DNA of 64,000 nucleotides, from the IMG/VR virus record IMGVR_UViG_2912869438_000005, positions 1 to 64,000 of that record, one strand, 5' to 3'. Origin of the DNA: an uncultured virus (IMG/VR IMGVR_UViG_2912869438_000005) (taxonomy: Duplodnaviria > Heunggongvirae > Uroviricota > Caudoviricetes). Position 1 is the first letter of the stretch; each line of letters opens with the position of its first letter. The notes beneath the pieces are model-generated. The model made no database searches. It was not told the origin of the DNA and worked only from the letters and a program-made list of their open reading frames with translations. A program made the position numbers and the translations under genes. Of the stretch, positions 11,501-22,232 are shown piece after piece.

Positions 11501-14500
11501 TCCATTAAAGTGTCTACTTCTTTTCTCATTTTGGAAAGATTGGCTTGTGCATCGGCAACAGTCTGGATTGACTTGACTTCTAAACCATAGTTCTTTATTT
11601 TCTTAACTGTGGCGTTTGCCTGGTTGATTAGATCCTGTTTAACCGACTTTTGCATATCATTGTATGCTTTAAGTTTTGCATCACGTAGTTTTATGATAGC
11701 ATCTCGGTTTAATTTAACTACGCCGTTTTCAACACTAATAGCTCCAGCCAAGTCTTTTTCTTTTTGAACCAGTTTCATTGCTTCAGCAGCTGAGATGCTT
11801 TTTCCTTCAGCCATTTTCTCAAGCAGTTCATTGAGAGGGGAGATGGAGTCAGCAAAAGAATCATATGCTTCATTTTGAAGGGCAGAAATAGCTTGTTCTG
11901 TTTGTTGAGAAGCCACCAAATCGTCCATTACAGCTTTTATTGCCTCTAGATCGCCTTTGGCATCCTTTAGCTTTTGACTTAAATCTTCAACTTCTCCTGT
12001 TAATTCGTTTACACCTTCACCATTTTCATCCCAAGTGATCTTTGCAGAATCAGCAGCATTTTTTGTGGAGTCTATAGCATTCTTTAGGTCATCATAAGAT
12101 AAGGAAAGTTTGTCAGCTTCATCAGAGCCTTTGATTTGTTGGTTAATTAAATTCTGAAGTGCTTGAGATGCTCTTGAGAAATCAACTTTATTTCCTGATT
12201 CTAATGCTTTCTGAATGTCATCCATGTATTTTGAAACATTAATGGAAAACGACTCTAATTCATCAGAAGTCATCTTACTAAAGTCAATTTTATTGAAGGC
12301 TTCGTTGATATCTTTGGTTAGCTGAGGGTTGATTTTAATGGAGTTATAAGCGTCAACAGTTTGCAGCACTTGCTCTCTAAGTTTAGCTTGAGAACTAGAT
12401 AACTTCTGATTGACTTGAAGAGCTTGTTGTTCAGCTTTAATCCCAAAATTTTTATAATCACTGTCGCTGTCGAAGATATCCCAGAATGGCCGATCATTAT
12501 TTTTATAATGGTCTGCAACTTTTTGGTACTCCTTCATTTCATCAGTCAGGTTACTGATATCACTGAGGGTTTCTTTAAAGTTGCTATTTGCGCCAGTTTG
12601 AATGTCTTTTTTGTTTAATTCGGCTAATTCTTTGGTGTATTTTATGGCATCTTCTAACGCTTCATTATTTTTAATGATGGCATTACCTTGGGAGTCATAG
12701 CCAGAAATCAAATTAGGGAACGTTTGTGCTAATTGTTGCGTGACCTGTAGATATTCTTGCTCCTTGTCAGGGGAAAGGGAACCGTTATCTTTTGCTTTTT
12801 GCAGCTCTTTATATTTTTGGATTAACTGATCGGTCTGTTCTTTATTTGTGGTTATTGCTTCGACACTTTTCTTTTGTGACTCTGCAAGCTTTTCTTGTTC
12901 TTGTTTAGCATCAGAAAAAGCAGAGACAAGTTTTTCGATTACGAAGCCTAAAGCCATGAAACCAGCACCGACAACCGTCGCAACCATTAATCCCCTAAGT
13001 GCAGTTTTCAATAGATTCGATGCTACTGCTGCACGAGTCATACCTGTACTTAGGCCAATGCTTGCAAGTGTTTCTTGTCTCATTGCAGAAGTACCGAGCA
13101 CAAGTGTGGTTGCAAGTGTTCTTACATTTTTACTAAGAAGAAGAGTGGCAGTGCTTGTTAAAGCAAAGATACTCGGTAAGAATCCAATGGTTTTCGTTAT
13201 ACCTGTCCCTAATTGAAGGAGGTCTTTTAAAGATTCTGTAAGGGCGATAATCCCATCTGAAATAACGGCGTCCCCTGCGGCCAGGCCGAGTTCTGTCCAC
13301 GCGTTTGATAATCGATTTATTCTTGCCTGGAGACTTTCTGAATATTTTTCCTGTTCTTTCCATGCGCTTCCGGTTGATTCCGCAGCCGTTGTTGCCGAAT
13401 CCTGGGCAAGCTGGAATTGGTTCATAAGTGCATTAAATCGAGATAACTGGTAAATACCGGAAACACCTATTGCAGTTTGCCGTTTTTGTGCCTCAGAAAG
13501 ACCGTCCCATTTGGAACTAAGCTCTTCAATTAGTTCACTTGCGCTTTTAGCTTCTCCACTCGCTGTTCTAACAGAGATGCCAATTTGATCTAAAGCTTTT
13601 ATTGAGCTTTCATTGTTTCCGATTCTCGCAAAGATTGTTTTTAAGGCGTTCAATTCTGTTACTTTCACCAAAAGGCTACTGACCATATAATATGGCGGTG
13701 AGGCACTTCAACCTCACTCTCTATGTTTCCATAGAGTTCAGACTGTCGCTTCACATTTCTGTGTCTCTTCACTCAGTCGTTCAGGCTGCCATTACGCTTG
13801 CCCCTTGTCGTCCTCGACTAAACGTTAGGATTTCCAAGTCAATCAGAAGAGATTTAATGTCAGCAATCATTTTACCGACAATGTTACCGGATTCACGCGT
13901 AGTGCTACCAATGGCGGTAGTATATCCTATTAAGTCGTTTAATTCAACACCAAAGGTTGCTGCTGTTGAGCCAGCTTTTCTAATAGAGTTCGCTAGATCT
14001 TGTGTTGTTCGTATCTACCCTCGGTTTCCCGATACTTAAGTAGGGGACTAGACCATATCTTTATCCATTCACAGGATAGTCAGCACTTCGATTTAAGGGG
14101 ATTTCGCCCACTTGTATTTCAACAAGCCCTACTCCTGTTGCGGAATTACACCGCCAAGGGATGGTCGTTGCACCTTCATTTTTAACAAATGCTTGGCACA
14201 GGATTACCGTATCAACTTGACTTAGGCTTTCCCTGTTAGCAATATGATTAATAAGCCATTTCCTGCTTAAACTGACCGTTCATATCACACCCAATTTGGT
14301 TCACTGACTTATCACTAACACATTTCTGTGTTAGGCGGCTAAGTTAACCGCATAGTTGTTGTCGACTTCATTTAATTTCGAATAATACCCTCGGTTTCCC
14401 GATACTTAAGTAGGGGACTAGACTATATCTTCATCCCATTGGGATGCCCAGCGCTTCGAACAGTAGCTCAAAATCTGCTCTACACCACAAAAGTTAGTCG

Positions 14501-16045
14501 TTACACCTTCCTAAAATAGGCTTGGCACGGTATTGTCATAGGATCCCTCCCTTAGAGTTCCACCGTTAGCATCCTTAGAAGAGGACACACCCCTGAGCAA
14601 TAGGGTTCACTGGGTTTACGCTTATACATTACTGTATAAGGCGACTATAATTAATCGGCAATTGAAATTGAGTCTTCTGCAGCAACATTAAAGTTTAACA
14701 TTGCACTTGTCAAAGTATTGACTGTTTCATCTACGGACAGATTCGATACGTTTTGAAGAACTTCTGCAGTTTTAGTAACGCTTCCTAATTCAGCTTCATC
14801 AAATCCCATTCTCCCAAATGAACTTGTCATTTGAAGAATATCTGAAATCTTGTTGGAAAGCTGATCTCCCATCTCAACTGCTTCCTGCAACATATCATTG
14901 AACTTATAATTAGGCTCATCCATAACCCTGCGAATTTCAGTCATAAGTGTGTCAATTTGAATAACTTGATCGACCATCGACTGCAGCCCGCGAATTGGCC
15001 CCATGAACATAGTCATACCAGCAAACCACACCGGTATGCGGGCGGCAGCGACTTCTAACTGTTCAACAAACCCCATTGTCTGCCTTGTAGTAGCAGCAAT
15101 GTTAGAGGACATTTCCCTAAACTGCATATTAAGACTAGCCATCTGATTTCTTAGATTAGGTGTCCTTGCAGACAATTGATTAACTGAATTCAAATACTGC
15201 TGAAGTTGTAAATTACTTGCCTGGCTCAATGAGCTGCCGTATCTGTTTTGTAAGTTCTGAGTATTTACCTGGGCTTGTCTTCTATATAGTTCTAACTGCC
15301 TTTCAAGCTCTTTAGTCTTTGCAACTGCTGCTGATTTGTCATCAAGAGTCTTAAGCTTGACTCTGAGTGCTTCAATTTGTTCTGTAGACTGAGCTAAATT
15401 AATTTTTCTTCCAAGAGAGGAGAGGGTGACTTCAGACAGTTGCCCTTGCTCTTTTAGTCTTTGTAAGCTTACTCTAAGCTGTTCGATTGCTTTTCTTTGT
15501 TGATCAAGATTTGTTACAGTGGTTGAGTTTTTAATATTCCCATTTTGGTCGAGATTGTACGTAATATCCTTAAAACCATCACGATTTTTTTGAGTAGTGC
15601 CTGTCTTAATGCCTTGAGCATTTTGCCTTTCAATTATCTTTTGAGCTTGGCCAAGCTTTTGAATTTCAGAGGTTAATTTTGCTGTTTCCTGAGCTTCTTG
15701 ACGAACCTTTTGATTTCGATTATCAATCGTCTTAATTTCTCGCTGAAGTATTTCACCATTCTTTTTGTGCTGCTGAATGATTTTTTCAGTTGTCCCATCA
15801 GAATTCTTAATGACCGTTTGTGTTTCTTTGACTGTTTGATTGTAATTCTTAAGATTTTTTTGATATGCTTCAACTGCAGAAGAGAATTCTTTGAGGGTTT
15901 TTAAAGCGGAAGCATCAATGTTTGTTTTGAGTTGAAGGGAGTTTAACTTAGATTGTAGTGTTTTAAGCTGTTTGTTGATTTGTTCGACTGATTGAGCGGA
16001 GGTGTCGGCAACTGGAGTAACTACAATTTTCAATTGTTGACTCAA
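8554..16045 (-). CDS. cwlP: tape measure protein with lytic transglycosylase and M23 peptidase domains; four exons (16045-14654, 14378-14347, 14009-13874, 13650-8554), 2218 aa after splicing
   Basis: Joined exons read [49 protein letters not shown] motifs ESNFN, GLMQLMP, YNAG; M23 motifs HKGLD, HLH. Confidence 0.93.
13651..13873 (-). mobile_element. group I intron 3 of cwlP (223 nt, no ORF)
   Basis: P1 UGUCGGU/GCUGACA; P3 UCUCUUC/GAAGAGA; P7 GACUG/CAGUC; P8 CACA-GAAA-UGUG; terminal G. Confidence 0.92.
14010..14346 (-). mobile_element. group I intron 2 of cwlP (337 nt, no ORF), splits a Val codon GT/A
   Basis: P1 GCGGU/GCCGC; R GCAACGACCA, S AAGAUAUGGUC; terminal G; reading frame restored. 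Confidence 0.93.
14016..14423. repeat. 38-bp identical direct repeat (14016-14053 and 14386-14423), the shared 3' region of introns 1 and 2
   Basis: taccctcggtttcccgatacttaagtaggggactagac occurs twice. Confidence 0.95.
14379..14653 (-). mobile_element. group I intron 1 of cwlP (275 nt, no ORF)
   Basis: Exon ends in U, intron ends in G; P1 CGAU/GUCG with U.G pair; R GUAACGACUA, S AAGAUAUAGUC; P3 CCCAGUG/CGCUGGG; P8 CAUCCC/GGGAUG. Confidence 0.93.
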
Positions 16046-16091
16046 TTAATAATCACATCCTTTCAAAGCGGAGAGTGGGGGAGAGGTGGAC

Positions 16092-16122
16092 AAAAATAAA
16101 AAACTCTGCATTCAAGCAGAGT
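16092..16122 (-). terminator. intrinsic terminator just upstream of cwlP
   Basis: ACTCTGC/GCAGAGT stem followed by a U-rich tract on the minus strand. Confidence 0.65.
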
Positions 16123-16134
16123 CAAGAAAATCAT

Positions 16135-16386
16135 TTATTTTATGTATAGCGGTTCATCTTCTTCATCAATTTCTTCAGTATCCTCAATTTCAAGCCCCAT
16201 ATTAGAGGCTTGAAGGGTTATCTTATCACCGTCAAAATTTGTTAATGTTATTTCTTTAAGTTCCTCAAATTCACCAAAGTCCAATAAATTATATTCCGTA
16301 AATCGTTTAGCTTCATCCTCAGAGTTTCCAGGTGTTGTTTGGAAAGCGGCTATAGTTAACGTCAAGTGGTTAATGTATTTTTTCAT
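16135..16386 (-). CDS. hypothetical acidic protein
   Basis: GGAGAGGG RBS before ATG at 16386 (MKKYINHL). Confidence 0.65.
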   Translation of the reverse strand: MKKYINHLTLTIAAFQTTPGNSEDEAKRFTEYNLLDFGEFEELKEITLTNFDGDKITLQASNMGLEIEDTEEIDEEDEPLYIK

Positions 16387-18043
16387 TTTCCCTCTCCTTG
16401 ATGGATTCTTGAAAAGATAACTTTTTTCGTTTGACAGCAAGCTGTTTATTTCTACAAACTACACTACAGAATCTTTGTTGTGAGAAACTTTTTTTACGCT
16501 AAATTCTTTATTGCAACAATTACAATTTTTAGTCATATTACTTGAAAGTTTTTGAAAAGCAGCGAAACACAAATGGCTACAGAAATGATTCCGTGACCTT
16601 TTATATAAAGAAGGAATCGTTTCACACCTTTTTTTACAATAATCACAATTAAAGGTTATGGCCTTCTTTGAATAATTTTGTTTACATTTAGTTGAACAAA
16701 AAATATTTTTTTGTATCCTATTTTCGACTAAATCAGCTTTATACTTATTTACAACAATCTCTTTATTGCAATTGGCACAAAATAAAATTCTTTTTTGTTT
16801 TTGTCTATATTCTTTCGAACAATTCAGTGAACAAAAAAGCTTATTAAACTTATCATAATAGTGTTTGTATCGAATTTTCTCTTTATTGCAATTGAGACAG
16901 TTGAATTTTATATGTTTTTCTGGCTGATAATTATTTGCTTTACTTCGTGTGGTAGTATCCGTAATTTTTGATAGTTCTTCAATGCTCCATTCCATATACG
17001 GTCTTATGATTTCATTTTTCAGTGTCAATTCGTCTTTTTTTAGGGAATAGTTAAAGCTATGATAGTTCATAAGCTTCCCCTTGTTGTTTATAAAGTCATC
17101 AATCAATTTTTCACACAGTCTAATATTGTTATAAATATCGTCTTCCCATAAATAAAGAACATAATATTTTTTATTTCGCAAATAAGTATTTTTTCTTTTG
17201 TCATATTTTATTCGTTTCAATTGAATGTCATAATTGATATTTTTATAGTATCGATTATCTGCGTGCCAAAAACCTCCATTGATTTCTATTAAAAGATTAT
17301 AATTTGTTAGAAATAAGTCAACAGACCACTTTCCCAATACTTTTTCTTTTTCAAATTTGATTTCTTTAGTGTTTAATAATTTATCTATGATTACTTGAGG
17401 TTTCGATTCAGTAAAACTAATTTTACCGTTAGTTAAATTGGACAAGAGAATTTTTCGATTTCTGTTTATTACGTCCTGCTGTTTCACATATACTTCACTA
17501 TGCCAATTATTGCGACAGTCTTTATTACAAAAGTTCATATTCCTACTTTTCAAGTATGCCGCGGTTCTTTTTAACGTTTTACCGCACCAACCACAAGATA
17601 TCGTATACCTTTTAACATAATTAGGGTTGTTTGCTCCCGATTTATTTTCACTTTCATAATCACCTTTACATTTTCTACTACAAAACCTACTTGATTCAAA
17701 TAGTGATTTTTTTATTTTATATTTTTTGTTGCAAAATGCGCACTGTTTATAAACGATTCCTTTATTCGATCTCTGTTTCCCTACAAATCTATTACCACAA
17801 ATATCTGTACAAAAATGAGTCTGGAGTCTGTTTTTTAATTGCGGCGTTATATTTTCTACTGAATTTTTTTCCACAATAATCACATATGCACTGTACCATC
17901 ACCACACTACCAATAGACAGGTCTGATATGTTGTTGACTTTAAAAGCTTCGCCGCTATTGGTGAAAGTGTATCCTCTCTGCTCATAATGTTTTCTATTTG
18001 CTCCATTCCATTTCACAATCACTTGCTGATCTTTAATTATCAA
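16370..18043 (-). pseudogene. free-standing Vsr/DUF559-like putative homing endonuclease with many CxxC..FCSxxC zinc fingers; two homopolymer frameshifts
   Basis: ESKPQ..VDLF..IEINGGFWHAD..YDKRKN..LYLWEDDI core; removing 1 nt at 17831-17836 and adding 1 nt at 16489-16495 gives one ~557-aa ORF from TTG 18043. Confidence 0.75.
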
Positions 18044-18059
18044 AAAGCTCACCCCTAAA

Positions 18060-18269
18060 TCAAAATCCATCCCAAGAAATTTTCACATTATGTACCTTGA
18101 CTGTCTCTAAAACTTTTCCATTCTTGTGCAACAGAGTCAACTCTGTCAAATCAACTCGATCATCAGACATGGTATAGTATGAATCCAGTATGGCTAGATC
18201 TTGAGTTGTAGCATTAGAGATTCGAGATATTTCTAAATTCATCATGCCGTAAACTGTCTTACTAAGCAT
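18060..18269 (-). CDS. hypothetical protein
   Basis: 69 aa, GAGGAG RBS. Confidence 0.6.
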   Translation of the reverse strand: MLSKTVYGMMNLEISRISNATTQDLAILDSYYTMSDDRVDLTELTLLHKNGKVLETVKVHNVKISWDGF

Positions 18270-18430
18270 TGTTAACAGCTCCTCAATGTATATTTAGTTC
18301 GACTTCACGTACCTAATATACACATAAGTGAATAACTTGTCAACATTATATATACTTTATATTTGACATATCGATTATTTGGTATGGTTTGTGGTATAAT
18401 AACTATAGATTTTCAAAAAGGAGATTTGCG

Positions 18431-18664
18431 GTGAAGAAATTAAGAATCAGCTTTAAACCCATGGAAATAACTTTGATACGGAGAGATAAAAATAGAACTG
18501 ATCTGAAGAAGGATTTAGGAGTATCACCATCAACCTTAGCGAAAATGTCTAAAGGTGAAGTGGTTTCATTGGCAGTCATTCTGAAAATCTGCGAATACTT
18601 AGAATGCAATATTGAAGAAGTGGTAGAGTTTGTTGAAGATGAAACTGTAGATGCAAATAAATAA
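18431..18664 (+). CDS. Cro/C1-type HTH regulator
   Basis: LKKDLGVSPSTLAKMSKGE..LKICEYLECNIEEVV; AGGAG RBS before GTG at 18431. Confidence 0.85.
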   Translation: MKKLRISFKPMEITLIRRDKNRTDLKKDLGVSPSTLAKMSKGEVVSLAVILKICEYLECNIEEVVEFVEDETVDANK

Positions 18665-18673
18665 GTCGCCCAA

Positions 18674-19372
18674 TTAATGAGCGACTTGATTTGCTTTTCT
18701 TATGGCTAAGTCCATAACTCCTTGCCAGTACTCAGCTTTCTTAAGAGCAGTTTTGATTATGTCACTGTCTTTTTTATAACCAACAGGATTATAACCAGGA
18801 GAATCATGTCCGGGGAGAAAATCAATGTAGTGAACAGGGTTTTTAAAATCTTCCACTGTAATTTTCATGGTAATTGATTTCACCATTGTAACTTGCTTTG
18901 ACCCAGAAGAAAGACCGCCAATTATTGCCCCAACTCCTCCAGCCAAAACTCCACCAATGGCTGCACCTGTAATCTGCTCACCTCTAGCGGTTTTCGATAC
19001 TGTTTCGTTGTCTAATGCAATAGATGACTCAACTATCTGTGAAAAAGGGTAGGAGAACTCAATAATTTCATTCTGTTCATTCCGTTCATATAACTTTAAA
19101 ATACCTTTAGATTCGTTGAACGATATTTTTTTGTTGTAATTAGTAAAAGAACCGTCGGCTTTGAAGTCTTTATCGTATTCTTTTAGCGTTTCAACATTGT
19201 TTCTAAATTTATTAGCTAATTGTTTATTTCGTATTTTATACGGCTCGGTTGCCAAAAGTAATACTCCCAGTATGGTGAGTATCACAGCAAAAGCTCTCCA
19301 TCCGTCCATAAAATAGAAGAAGGCTGTCAATACTCCATATAAAATATAAAATAAAACCTTATTATTCACCAA
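18674..19372 (-). CDS. yomJ: membrane protein with glycine-zipper segment
   Basis: Two N-terminal TMs, GGVLAGGVGAIIGGLS; recalled similarity to SPbeta YomJ. Confidence 0.75.
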   Translation of the reverse strand: MVNNKVLFYILYGVLTAFFYFMDGWRAFAVILTILGVLLLATEPYKIRNKQLANKFRNNVETLKEYDKDFKADGSFTNYNKKISFNESKGILKLYERNEQNEIIEFSYPFSQIVESSIALDNETVSKTARGEQITGAAIGGVLAGGVGAIIGGLSSGSKQVTMVKSITMKITVEDFKNPVHYIDFLPGHDSPGYNPVGYKKDSDIIKTALKKAEYWQGVMDLAIRKANQVAH

Positions 19373-19466
19373 ACCACCTCATCACACAACAATATGCCTA
19401 CAGTATACCACAATTTTCTTTCTCAGGAATGTTTATCTTGAGCAGAAGGGAAGAGGGAGAGGTTCA

Positions 19467-19631
19467 TCAATTTCCACTCACAGTCTCAACAAAACGCTGT
19501 CTATACAGTTCTTTTCTCTTTTCAAGGTCATCAGTACTATCACCACATTGGCTTATAAGAATCGATTCAGCTGAAAACCACTCTTCAAGAACCTCTTCGA
19601 ATACTTCTAAAACTTCACAATAGTTTTTCAT
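19467..19631 (-). CDS. small hypothetical protein (54 aa, MKNYCEVLEVFEE..), absent from the ORF track
   Basis: AGGTG RBS 8 nt before ATG; open frame. Confidence 0.5.
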   Translation of the reverse strand: MKNYCEVLEVFEEVLEEWFSAESILISQCGDSTDDLEKRKELYRQRFVETVSGN

Positions 19632-19692
19632 GGGCTTTTCACCTATTCTTTGGTATATTATTCTTGTTCATGAAAAAAGGGGGACTTATTCT

Positions 19693-20433
19693 ATGCAGGA
19701 TGCGCTCTATTTGCTCGATGAAGCAGAACAGGCTTTAGAGGATATATCTAAATTACACGATAAGGCTCTAGCTTCTGAAGATTTGCAACGTACCTTAGCC
19801 TTTAAAATTAAAAATTTTTTGGCTGCTTTGAACTCTTCTTTGGATTACGCTGCATATTATATCTTTGAAGTGTTTTGTCTTGAGAATGCCTCGGCAGTTT
19901 ACGATAATATTGAATACATAAAACGAAAAATATATTTTCCGGCCTATAAAAAAGAAAAAATTTTTGAAGAGCAGGTTAATAAACATTTTGTGGGCTTAAA
20001 GGAAGACCATAATTTTCTTTATGAAGTATTTAAGATGCCCCAAGAGTTCGAAATCGGCTCATCCTGGTTAACTGACTTTAAAAAACATTGTAATGAAACC
20101 AAACACGTAAGACTCACACGAAACAAAAAGCTCTATTCTGGAACATTGGATTATTTGTCATTCCCAGAGGGTATTACTATGCTGAATAATAAGTTTGAAG
20201 GAGTAGGGCAGGTTTTGACAGTGAATGATGTTCCTTTTGATCCTGATAATCCACATAACCATCCTTACATAAATCAGTATGAAGGAGAATTCACTTCATA
20301 CTTTTCCTTTGAAGGTAGTAGTAAACCTATCGTTAAAACTCTTGAATTTTATTTGAACATGGTTATGGAGATCGTAACTAATATAAATGATTATTGTGAA
20401 TCTCAACAAATTAAACCATCAAAAGAGAGTTGA
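19693..20433 (+). CDS. accessory protein, possibly HEPN-like
   Basis: Helical N-terminus with L.SSLDY and CNETKH motifs; opposite strand to the late genes. Confidence 0.55.
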   Translation: MQDALYLLDEAEQALEDISKLHDKALASEDLQRTLAFKIKNFLAALNSSLDYAAYYIFEVFCLENASAVYDNIEYIKRKIYFPAYKKEKIFEEQVNKHFVGLKEDHNFLYEVFKMPQEFEIGSSWLTDFKKHCNETKHVRLTRNKKLYSGTLDYLSFPEGITMLNNKFEGVGQVLTVNDVPFDPDNPHNHPYINQYEGEFTSYFSFEGSSKPIVKTLEFYLNMVMEIVTNINDYCESQQIKPSKES

Positions 20434-20761
20434 GCTGTTTCTTTTCTAGTGACTCTATTTATATCTTGAGATTTTAGAACAACAGGGTGTATTATAAATA
20501 ATAACAAAACCTGCTTTGTAATCTCGTCAGTCTCGACACCCTTACAATCTTTTAAAATGTTTGTCCAGTACTTCGAAATAGTGAGTAGCAGGTTTCTCTC
20601 TAATTCAGGGGTCTGGACATTTTTTCGACATGAATCATTTCATCACAATTAACGATTTTCCACAATGAAACAAGCTGAAGACTATTATTTAAAAATATCT
20701 CCTCCCTAGTGCCTGAAAGTTCTGATTATGATTTAATGTAAATTAAGATAGGGGGGTATTA

Positions 20762-21103
20762 ATGATGAGATTACTTATTGGTTTTATATTCGGGGCTTTA
20801 GGGGCGGTTGTAATGTATAACGTCAAATCAAACTTTTCCTTCCCTGCCACAACAACTGTTTTAGTGGTTCTTGTGGCTGCTTGTTTGGTTTTTGACTTAA
20901 TTAAAGGTAAGAGGAGTCAAGATCAGGGAGATAGAAAATATGGGGTTATATGGTGGATTGCAACACTCCTCATGCTTCTAGTGATGACTTTTAATACTGT
21001 CTTTTTAAAAATTGACCCTAAGTATAATATCATCGTTGTATTGATTCACATTTTGTCCATGCTAATCATTAAGAGTAAATGGAAGAAAGTTAAGACAGAT
21101 TAA
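20762..21103 (+). CDS. four-TM membrane protein (moron-like)
   Basis: Four hydrophobic segments, own RBS, terminator at 21103-21126. Confidence 0.7.
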   Translation: MMRLLIGFIFGALGAVVMYNVKSNFSFPATTTVLVVLVAACLVFDLIKGKRSQDQGDRKYGVIWWIATLLMLLVMTFNTVFLKIDPKYNIIVVLIHILSMLIIKSKWKKVKTD

Positions 21104-21204
21104 GCAGGTGATCAGCCTGCTTTTTTCGTTCCATCTTGGCAGACTCATTTCCAGTGTCTGCAATGGGTTTTTCAACTTCAATTTCAAAATTAAAAGACAT
21201 CCAG

Positions 21205-21678
21205 TTAAGATGCCTTTTCTTTCTCTCTTTCAGCTTTAACTTGCTCCAGTAAGCTTTTTAAATAAACAGCGTTAATACGCCTACGTGTTTCTCTGGCAAT
21301 CATTTTTAACAATATTCCTGTTATAACCGAAGTCACAATAAAAGCATACCAAATATTAATTTCCATATAAAGTTTTAATGATAATCCAACCAAAGCAACT
21401 ATCGCGGCAAAATATTTTGAATGATCAAATTGGGATTCAACTTTTGTTGCCTTTGCAATCCCATAAAATAATCCATCATTGTCAAGACCTCGTAAAAGGT
21501 TTAACATATCAACACAGTTTCCTTCTGATTTAACTGAAAAACAAGTTTCGATAAATACATGGAATTCTTCATCCGATGCAGTTAAGAAAAAGTGCTTTGC
21601 ATCTTCTTTAGACCAATTTTTCACATCTTCAAGGTCTATATCGTTTTTCTTTCTTCTAAACGGCCACATATCACACAT
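21205..21678 (-). CDS. YjcP/YomK-like two-TM protein (probable start 21669)
   Basis: Paralog of 22233-22724 (GIA..E.FD.SK; R..A...SLLEQVK.E.EK). Confidence 0.65.
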   Translation of the reverse strand: MCDMWPFRRKKNDIDLEDVKNWSKEDAKHFFLTASDEEFHVFIETCFSVKSEGNCVDMLNLLRGLDNDGLFYGIAKATKVESQFDHSKYFAAIVALVGLSLKLYMEINIWYAFIVTSVITGILLKMIARETRRRINAVYLKSLLEQVKAEREKEKAS

Positions 21679-21692
21679 TCACCTCAAAGTGA

Positions 21693-21719
21693 TTATCGGT
21701 CGCAATTGGAAAAATTTAA
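21693..21719 (-). promoter_or_regulatory. sigmaD-type promoter
   Basis: TTAA-N16-CCGATAA upstream of the RBS. Confidence 0.7.
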
Positions 21720-21782
21720 AGAGAAGGGAGGGAAAAGCGCCCTATATGCCAAATAAAAAAGACATCCTTTAGGATGCCTTGG

Positions 21783-22157
21783 TTAGTTTTTAAGTAATTC
21801 TGCTGCCAATTTTATTGCTATGTCTTTTATTTCATTGTAGCCGCCTTTAGCCAGTTTGCGTGCTATCTCTTTAAGTTTTTCAGGTTTACTAAGGTGTTCG
21901 TCAATTTTCAATTTTTCCTCAACACAATTTATTCCAAAGCGACTGAGATAAGCAAACTGCAAAAGTACGCCGTATGGCTTCGTATATTTAACATTATTTA
22001 AGAATCCTTCGTTCTCAAGCTTTTTAATTGCTTCGTAAAACATTTGCTGACTCATTCCTAAACTGTTTGCATCTACATTTTCAAGCATAGGTAAATCCTT
22101 TTGATATTCTAAATAAAGGGCGACTAAAACCCTTTCTTTTGCATTCAATTCAGTCAT
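21783..22157 (-). CDS. YjcQ-like winged-helix protein
   Basis: LGMS...FYEAIKKLENEGFL..LSRFGINCVEE pattern; follows the YjcP-like gene. Confidence 0.65.
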   Translation of the reverse strand: MTELNAKERVLVALYLEYQKDLPMLENVDANSLGMSQQMFYEAIKKLENEGFLNNVKYTKPYGVLLQFAYLSRFGINCVEEKLKIDEHLSKPEKLKEIARKLAKGGYNEIKDIAIKLAAELLKN

Positions 22158-22232
22158 TTTCTCACCACCAGTAATATTTTCCTCAATTATAACATCGATT
22201 CAGACTGCGTGGTTTTCTGTATCCTCTTTTGC

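Noticed and set aside
8554..13686. 1710-aa ORF as a separate gene, or cwlP as a pseudogene
   Set aside because: Its first 12 codons lie inside intron 3, and splicing joins it in frame to the upstream exons
13692..14185. Plus-strand ORFs as intron-encoded endonucleases
   Set aside because: They are antisense to exon 3 and the introns and have no nuclease motifs
20440..20700. Minus-strand open stretch after an RBS-like GGGAGGAG
   Set aside because: No usable start codon in frame; at best a decayed remnant
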